This document shows, piece by piece, positions 55,454 through 64,000 of a stretch of DNA of 64,000 bases; the first letter of the stretch is position 1, and each line of letters starts with the position of its first letter. Both the position numbers and the translations under genes were made by a program. Origin of the DNA: Octopus sinensis (lineage: Eukaryota); contig NC_042998.1 in NCBI RefSeq assembly GCF_006345805.1, positions 112,530,001 to 112,594,000 of the forward strand. Direction: 5' to 3'. The notes under the pieces are model-generated. The model ran no database searches and was not told the origin of the DNA. It saw only the letters and a list, made by a program, of their open reading frames with translations.

Positions 55454-56336
55454 CACATACATATATAAATATGCATATATGCGTGTGTGGTGCGTGTGTG
55501 TCCATGCGTTATGTAAATAGTATATGCATATATATATATATATAGGTGTGTTGTGTGGTTGGGAGTGTGTGTGTGTAAATATACATACACATATATATGT
55601 GTATATATATGGATCAAAACAGTTTGATGCATACATGTAACTCCCAATAATTTTGTTGAGAGCCCGTTTTTACTTGACCACTCACTCGTGTGTGTGTGTG
55701 TGTGTGGTGTGTGCATGCGTGTGTGTGTGTGTGTGGTGTGTTGTGTGTGTGGCGCGCGCGGGATTTGTGTATGTGCGTGTATATATAGTATATTATATAT
55801 AATAGATTATATATATATAACAAAGTGAAGTAAGTTGTAAGGTGCCGCACGAGTGGGAATATAGATGAAAGAAGGTTTGAAAATGCAATTTTAAAAAGAT
55901 GTTTATTCACTGACCGGTTTCACTTTTTTAGAAAAAGATTGTCAAAAAAGTAAAATGTGAAAGCTTTGTAAAAGCTTTGTTGTGTTAAGTATGGTTGTCA
56001 CAAGATATTTAAAATACATATATACATCTTTGGTAATAATAAGGAAACGTTAAAACAGTTTACAAGGAAAATCGTGAGAAAAATATTAAAAAGGTTTGTT
56101 AAAAATATTAGGATTTCATTAAAATTCATGTTTGTTTGGAAGTATATATATATATATATACACACACACACAGAAAATTATAAGTTCAAAAAGGTCATAT
56201 TTTGGTTGTATATATATACACAGAAGGAGATATATTTAGTTTACTAAGAATTTGAGAATTTTACGATAAAATGGTGAAACAGGTCAGTTCAGCTCAAATT
56301 CTTTGTAAGCTCCTAAATATATCTTCTTGTGTGTGT

Positions 56337-56370
<34 letters not shown>

Positions 56371-56567
56371 CCACCAAAATATGACTTTTTATTTAACACA
56401 ACCACTGGTAAAATTTCCACTTATTTCCTTCTTTCTTTTTCTCAAAATTTCATTGCGTCTTGCACCCTTTTCAAGAGTATATGCTTCAACACACGAACTC
56501 ACAAAAAGAATTTGCAAACCCAAATCCAAAAACGATATATATAATATATATAGATATATCAATAATA

Positions 56568-56609
<42 letters not shown>

Positions 56610-56634
56610 GAATAGAATAATAATAAGAATAATA

Positions 56635-59026
56635 CGAAAAAAGGCCCCCGGATTGACAGAATATCTACAGAACTGGACCCCTTAGAAGAGCAAAAGTGGA
56701 GGAGTGTCAAGGTAGAAGATATAAGATCTGCTCTCAGGAGGTCAAGCAAATGGAAGTCTCCAGGAAAGGATAAAATTCCTAACTTCTGGCTGAATGCCTT
56801 CCCAGAGAGCCATGAACTGCTAACAGAACTGTACAATGATGTTTGCAACACCCTAGTAGGATGCCTCCTTGGCTAGTTAATGGGTTAACATCCTGCTTCA
56901 AAAATGAAGAATCAAATGAACCCAAAAACTATAGAACATAACCTGCTTAACAACTATGTTACAAAACACTAACATCTGTCCTGACGGAATATAACCTATA
57001 GTTTTTAACAGACAGCAGCATATTCCCTAATGAACAGAAAGGGATGTAACGTGGATCCTACGGCTTGTAAAGACCAACTACTCATCAATAAGATGATCTT
57101 AGAAGATTGTCACAAACGACACAAAAACTTATCAATAGCCTGGATAGACTATAAAAAGGCTTTTGATAGCCTACCACATAGTGGATTAGGAAATGCCTTG
57201 AAATGTATAAGATAGCACCAATCTGCGAAAACTTCTTGACTGTAAGTATGAGATCATGGAGAACCACACTAACTCTGAACAGTGACAGTGAATCCCTAAA
57301 TGCTGGTGTGATGTAAAAATTTCGTTGTGGCATTTTCCAGGGTGACTCACTGTCACCACTCCTCTTTTGTTTATCCTTAATACCTCTCTCAAAGCTGCTC
57401 AATGACGCGCAGTACGGGTATAAATGTTTGATAAAAATATAAATCATCTCGTTTACATGGATGATTTAAAGCTTTTTGCAAAAAAAAATGATCAACAATC
57501 AAGGGCTTACTAGCGATAGTCAAACATTCAGTGACGACATCAGAATGCAATTCGGCCTCGATAAATGTGCAAAGGCTACCTTTATCAAAGGAAAAATGAC
57601 AGAACATCTAACGTTAACCTTGACCAACGAATGTCATAAAAGAACTAGACCCAGCGGAGAGCTACAAGTACCTAGGGGTAATTGAAGGGAACGGAATAAG
57701 GCATTCAGAGATGAAGGAAAGGATCAGGAGAGAATGCTATCGAAGAGTGAGAGCAATACTCAAGACAGAGCTGAATGCAAGAAACAGGATCGAAGCAATC
57801 AATGCATTAGCTATACCAGAAAAACTCTGAGGACTGGATGTTAAAAACTTGTCTCAAAAACATGAAACAAGAAAGCATCATACTCAGTCACAAAACAGGC
57901 AAAGGAATATAAGTGAATTCCGAATACAACCAATTTCGGGAATTAGAGATATAGACATACAAGAACAAGCACAGAAAGAAAAAGCTAGGCCATGAAAACC
58001 CGTGCCAAAAACTGCGGCCTTAGTATTCTGAATAATAAATGGCAAGAAAAACCTCTCTATGGCAAATACCCAAAGAGAGCGAATATTGCAGATATCGACA
58101 AAGCCCTGACCCATAATGGCTAAGGGCTCCTCTGGCTAAAATCTGAAACAGAGGGGTTTATCATAGCAGCTCAAGATCAATGCCTACCAACAAGAAAACT
58201 ACCAGCCAACATATTAAAGATCAGAAGCAGTCCAACGTGTCGTGTATGCAAGCAACAAAATGAAACCATTGACCATGTGGTCTACAAGTGCAGTCTTCTA
58301 GCGCCTACAGAGTATCTCAACAGGCACGATAGAGCTGCACAATATATTCACTGGGTAATCTGTAAAAACCTGGATTTGCCCCATGAAAAACAACTGGTGG
58401 AACACAAACCACCCCCAGTGCTTGAAAAGACCACATCTCACTCCTCTGGAACTTCACCATTCAAACTGACAGGAAGATAGATGCAAATAGGCCAGACATC
58501 ATATTGAAAGACTTCAAACAAAGAACATGCCTCCTCATTGATATGACTGTCCCAATCGATATAAACGTATCTGTCAGGACCTCACCAAAAACTGAGAAAA
58601 TATAAGATCTTGAAATAGAAATCAGCAAAATGTGGGAAGCTGATGAAGACTAAAACAATTACCTGTTGTCATAGGTGCCCTGGGAATGATAGCAAAAGGG
58701 GCTGAAGCTACCTAACTCAGATACCAGGAAACCCAAAAATGGCAGAAGTTCAAAAGATAGTGCTCATGGGAACTGCTCATATCCTACGCGATACCTCTCT
58801 ATGTAACCTCAAGGTTTAAAACAACCATAATTTTCGGTTTAAAAAAAAAAAAAAAAAAAAAACTTTTTTTTTTTTAGACATTCATTAGATACCAACATCC
58901 CCACCCCCCAAATATATGGCACACTAGGCAAACAACAACATGAACTTCCCAACCCGTTGTCTCTTGAGGTCTCTGGGTGAGACTTGGAGCCAACTTGTAC
59001 AAATATAAAGCAAAAGTCAAACATAG
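56635..59026 (+). mobile_element. 5'-truncated Dong/R4-clade RLE-type non-LTR retrotransposon, frameshifted
   Basis: WKSPGKDKIPNFWL, CKDQLLI, AWIDYKKAFDS, GIFQGDSLSPLLF, YMDDLKL, CCHC finger CRVC...ETIDHVVYKC, RHD and RLE motif RPDII...LLIDMTVP. (AAT)n on both flanks. Confidence 0.93.
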
Positions 59027-59524
59027 AATAATAATAATAATAATAATAATAATAGGGAGTATATTAAATCAAATTTCACAATATAAGTATATAAAATATA
59101 AATTAGAGATAAAACCACTATTATGCAACTCAAACAGTGATAGACATAAACCAAAACATAAATAACAAATATTATATATTCTTATAAAACATATAACTAG
59201 ATCTCAAAAAGTATAAAAATATATGTAAGTAATAATGAACTAATTTATTCTTGGTTATATGTTTATGCATTTATAGATAGAGAAAATTTTAGATTTTTAA
59301 TTACTATATTTGTTGATTATAATTTAGATACTTATTTTTATGTATTTATTAATTTATAATTATTATATGCGAACTTAAATCTAAAAATATTAATAGTGAT
59401 TATTTTGTTAAATAATTTGGTAATTAAATATTGGAGTATAACATGAGTTAAAGTTACTGGATAGTTTATTAATGTTTTATTAATATATATATATTATATA
59501 TATATATATAATATATATTATATA

Positions 59525-59561
<37 letters not shown>

Positions 59562-60596
59562 ATGTATGTATATACATACATACATATATCAACTTGAGAG
59601 GAGGGTAGTCTTCTTATGAAAAAAAAAAACTGTATCCCCATATGGAAGTAGTGCTTTTGGCTGAACTACTCAAAAGTGAAATAGAGAATATTTTAAATAT
59701 AACAGAATACGCGATGTCGAAGAAATTTCTACATGGTCGTTTGAATCTCGAGAAATAATTGTCAAATCATTTCGAAAACGCAAAAATCAGCTTTATAAAA
59801 GGAAGGATACACTGAACAATATAATCCAAGATACGGAAAAAAATTTTGATCGCCACGGCTGGAATGTCTTTGATCATAACTCTACCCAAATGAGATCGAA
59901 CCTTGGGCTGAAAAACAGAATCCAAGCATGAAGTAAGAAGAGCAACAATAAATACAGCTTGTAACAAAGAACTTTGTCGTCTTATGGTTCATTATAATTT
60001 TAATTTACTTGGAATTAAATATTTTTTCTTCTTCAATGCAATAGAAAATAAATATCATTATTCTAAATAACAGATATCTTTGTCTGAAACCACACAACGT
60101 AAATCAATATGAAAGAAGCAAAAAGTTAATCATGTTCATCTTGATTACAAAAGTTATCTCCCTTCAACTAAAGTATGATAGAAAAGAACAGTGAGCGGCT
60201 AGAAATAGCAGCCAAACTCTCATTTAAATCTCAAACAAATTACTTAAATGAAGAAAGTCACTAGATGATACACATATATAGACTGGCTGGTAGATCATAG
60301 TTTACTTAGTCAAAGCTAGAACTAAGCAACAACAACAACGAATCCACTTATTTTATTATCTGTGCTGAACTATTGCTGTAAGGACGTTTTAGTCAATCCT
60401 GTATTTATTGTATCTTCTTATCGAGGCAAAGTCAACTTCAAGTTCAAGATAGAAAATAATTTTTGACAATTTCTTGTTGAATATGATTAACATAAAACAT
60501 ATACACACAAAGATCAACAAATACCTCACACGAAACTCAAGCTAGCTCTGCGTATACACACTCACGCATACACGAACACACGCAGACACATAGATA

Positions 60597-60693
<97 letters not shown>

Positions 60694-60912
60694 TCTATGT
60701 TTGTGTTGGTTTGTTTACGGCAGAGGAACGTAGCGGCTCGGCGAAATGTGACCGATACAAAAAGTACCAGACCTCAAAAAATAAGTCCTGGAGTTGATTT
60801 GCTAGACTAAATCCGTCAAAATGGTGCCCCAGCATGGCCGTAGTCTAATGACGGAAACTGGTAAAGAATAAAAGATATTTTATACTGTACATAATGTTCT
60901 GATCCTGATATA

Positions 60913-61484
60913 CAGGGTGGGCCAATAAAATTTTTTCATTTTATTACATTTACATTTATTTACTGCAATTATATTTATCAAGACAGTTTAATCTCGTAAA
61001 TGCTCAAAATTTCAAATTAACTTTTGCTTTTTTTTTTTTTTTTTTTGCAGGTACTGTAAATAATGGCAAATAATTTGAGTCTCGGTATGGATAGCTCCTG
61101 AGATGCACGGCATGTAGACTTTTGGGATTCTTCACAAACGTTAAAGCGACTCTCATCTCATTTTCTTCACTCATTGATGTACTAGGACGTCCAGAATTCG
61201 GTGCATTAACCATTGAACCCGTTTTTTTTTTGTTATTTTTGTTTGTTTGTTTGTTTGTTTTCATATTTATCTCTTAACGATAAATTGTCTGTCGTGTTGG
61301 TGGAGAAGCGTCAAATACTTCTCTCCATGCTGTGCGCACCTGCTCGGCATTTTCAGTCTTCCACTACTGCTTTAGAATCCACTTCCTTTGTTCTTGACTT
61401 AAATTATTTGCTATTATTCATGGTACCTGTAAAAAAATTAATAGGTTAGTTTTTAAAATGTATACCTACTTTTGGCCCAACCTG
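60913..61484 (-). mobile_element. Internally deleted Tc1/mariner-superfamily element (DUF4817-like N-terminus)
   Basis: TA|CAGGGTGGGCCAA...TTGGCCCAACCTG|TA TIRs. Minus-strand peptides 'EQRKWILK..WKTENAEQVRTAWREVFDASPPTRQTIYR' and 'TGSMVNAPNSGRPST'. Confidence 0.82.
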
Positions 61485-61796
61485 TATATGACAGTTACCT
61501 TCCGATATTCGAGCAGGAATACGAAACTGTATTATGTCCAATTGAGTTATCTCCCTTAATCTTAATGGATTTACTTTCTGTATCTTACAATCTTGATGGA
61601 ATGATAAGGCTAGCTACTCAATCGCTGTAATCCACTTACTTCAGTTTCTGTCAACTAAATCCGCTCACAAAATTTTGGTCGACCCTAGGCAACAGTAGAA
61701 GGCACTTACTAATGTGGCACGCAGTGAGATTGAACTTGCAACCATGTGTTTGGGAAACAAAATTCTTACCACACAGCAATAGATAGATAGATAGAT

Positions 61797-61907
<111 letters not shown>

Positions 61908-62965
61908 CGTTAAACACCGACTTTCATTGGGATTTGGGTCGACCATTTTCTTTTCTTTATATCGAATGTTTGTTATTCCTTACCTACTAAGCGCATCAGT
62001 TTGAGGGAGTAACAATATAGTCATTCGTCTCTCCAGATATAGCGCCCAAATCCCTCATAAATCTCACCTGTCGCCTTTTAAAATGAAGAACTCAGCAGAC
62101 GCTTTAGTCCCACGTACTCATGAAAAACAAACGCGATGATCTTGGACGTAACATCGATTATCGGACTACTAAAACAGCTTTGGCCTCGGTGTAAACAAAA
62201 AACAGCCTCAAATTGTAATGGGGGATACAATAGACAGCATTGTCTTTTAAAATGACTTGATTTTCATGACTTAAAAGTACCTTGAAGAAAGGAAGAACAC
62301 ATTAGACAATGAGACGGGGTGCTCGGTACTCGAGTACAGTTGGTCATAGGTCGTTTCATCAGAGCTGATATGGTGGTTTGGATGGGTTTTGCTTCAATAT
62401 CGAAAGAAAAAAAAAAACATCTAAATACTTCAAGCTAACGAAGGGAGCCCTCGATTTGCTATAAGTGGCAAGCAAAGATCCTTCAAATCATACTCAACCA
62501 TCAAAAACAAGGATAAATTTGGACACCATAAATATTCGATATATTATGCCTGAAAACGAAAGACAAGGTAATCATAGTAGGAATCTTCAGCTCATTGATC
62601 TGCTTGACCAGCGGTTTTGGTCCAGATATCAACACATACAACAATCATGACAACAACAGCAGCAGTAACAACAACAACAACAACAAAAGTTTTAGTTATT
62701 TATCTATTTATTAAGTTATGTATTTATTTAGTGTATTTCTCTGTTCATATCCTGTTGCATATCATACTCTTATCACTATTGATATTTTGTGCGTGTGTGT
62801 GTGAGTGTCGGTATTTTAGTGTAGGTACGTGTAAATCTTCGTGTGGAGGGGGGGGGAAATTTATCCATGTGCACGCATGTGTATGTGCATGAGTGTGTAT
62901 ATGCATATGCTCTTGTATGGGCAGTTGAATTAATAAACATACATACGAGTGTATATGCGCGTGTA

Positions 62966-63021
<56 letters not shown>

Positions 63022-64000
63022 GTTTATGTATGTCTGTATGAGCATGCTTGAGTGTATTCGACCGGGTACATTTATTTAAGAACAATGGCTTGTTTGTGTG
63101 TGTGTATGTCTGCGTGTGTATGTGTGTATATATATGATTATCCACGTGTTTATGTGCAGAAGTGGATGGTGATGATGATGAAGACGTCGATAGTCGCGAT
63201 CTCAGTGCTGTTGGTGAAGGTGCTGACGATGGTAATGGCGGTGGCGGTGATGGTGGTAGTGGTGGTGACGCTCCAAGTAGAGTTTGTTATTTTCTGTTTT
63301 CTTGTTGTTTTTTTTTTTCCACATCAGAATTTTTTTTTTTTTTTACTATAATGTTGTCAAGACAATTGTTTCTACACTGCCTTTCATAGGAAAAAACAAT
63401 CACACGTCTTCCGTTAAAAGTATGTTAATTAGAGATTGGCAATCGTTGGAGGGAAAGAAATTAATGAGATTCATGCATTTCCCAAAATAAAGGGAACCGA
63501 AATGATAATAACCGGAGATCGAATCAGAACCAATGAGAACGTTCTCCCTTCGATTTGTGATAATATCTACAGATTGATACTTGTCAGATTCATGATGATT
63601 ATCAACATTGTTACTACTAGTTATTAGTGTGTGTGTATATTATATATATATATTCTGCCTGCAGTTGGGAAGATGGAGGTATATATTATAAATTCACCAA
63701 GATCGAAATCAAAATGCGTCCCGATGCATATATCTATTGATGTAATAGTGAGAATAATGTACCATATTGGAAAATGGTGTTATTACAAATGTATAAAGTT
63801 CCAAATACATGCAAATAATTTATACACAGAAAATATATTATATGAATATACATATATACATACATACATGTGTGTGTGTGTGTGTGTTGGTGTGTGTGTG
63901 TGTGTGTGTGTGTGTGCATGCTTATGTTTCTATGTATGTATGTATGTATGTATGTATGTATGTATGTATGTATGTATGTATGCACGTATGTATTATAACG

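Overview
AT-rich eukaryotic non-coding DNA with a very high microsatellite content ((TA)n, (CA)n, (TACA)n, (GATA)n, (CAT)n, (AAT)n). The SINE families and overall repeat landscape point to a coleoid cephalopod, most likely Octopus; this is an inference. I cannot support any intact host protein-coding gene. Nearly all ORFs in the track are microsatellite read-throughs or decayed transposon ORFs. The window is a mosaic of mobile elements: a 5'-truncated L1/Tx1-clade LINE (39.6-41.6 kb) with two extra 3' ends, a Dong/R4-clade RLE LINE in (TAA)n (56.6-59.0 kb), several decayed RTE LINEs, Penelope-like remnants, mariner/Tc1 fragments, non-autonomous Helitrons and at least four SINE-type families. 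Four observations stand out. (1) A partial tandem repeat at 14.5-15.2 kb carries two identical minimal type I hammerhead ribozyme motifs exactly 397 nt apart, which resembles a retrozyme or Penelope pLTR. A better-paired hammerhead sits at 38.1 kb, and several decayed ones occur elsewhere. (2) A SINE variant whose tail resembles the Tx1 LINE 3' end repeatedly lies inside its own family, forming dimers and a trimer. (3) The Tx1 and R4 LINEs appear to target microsatellites. (4) A ~780-bp foldback palindrome at 21.3-22.1 kb.
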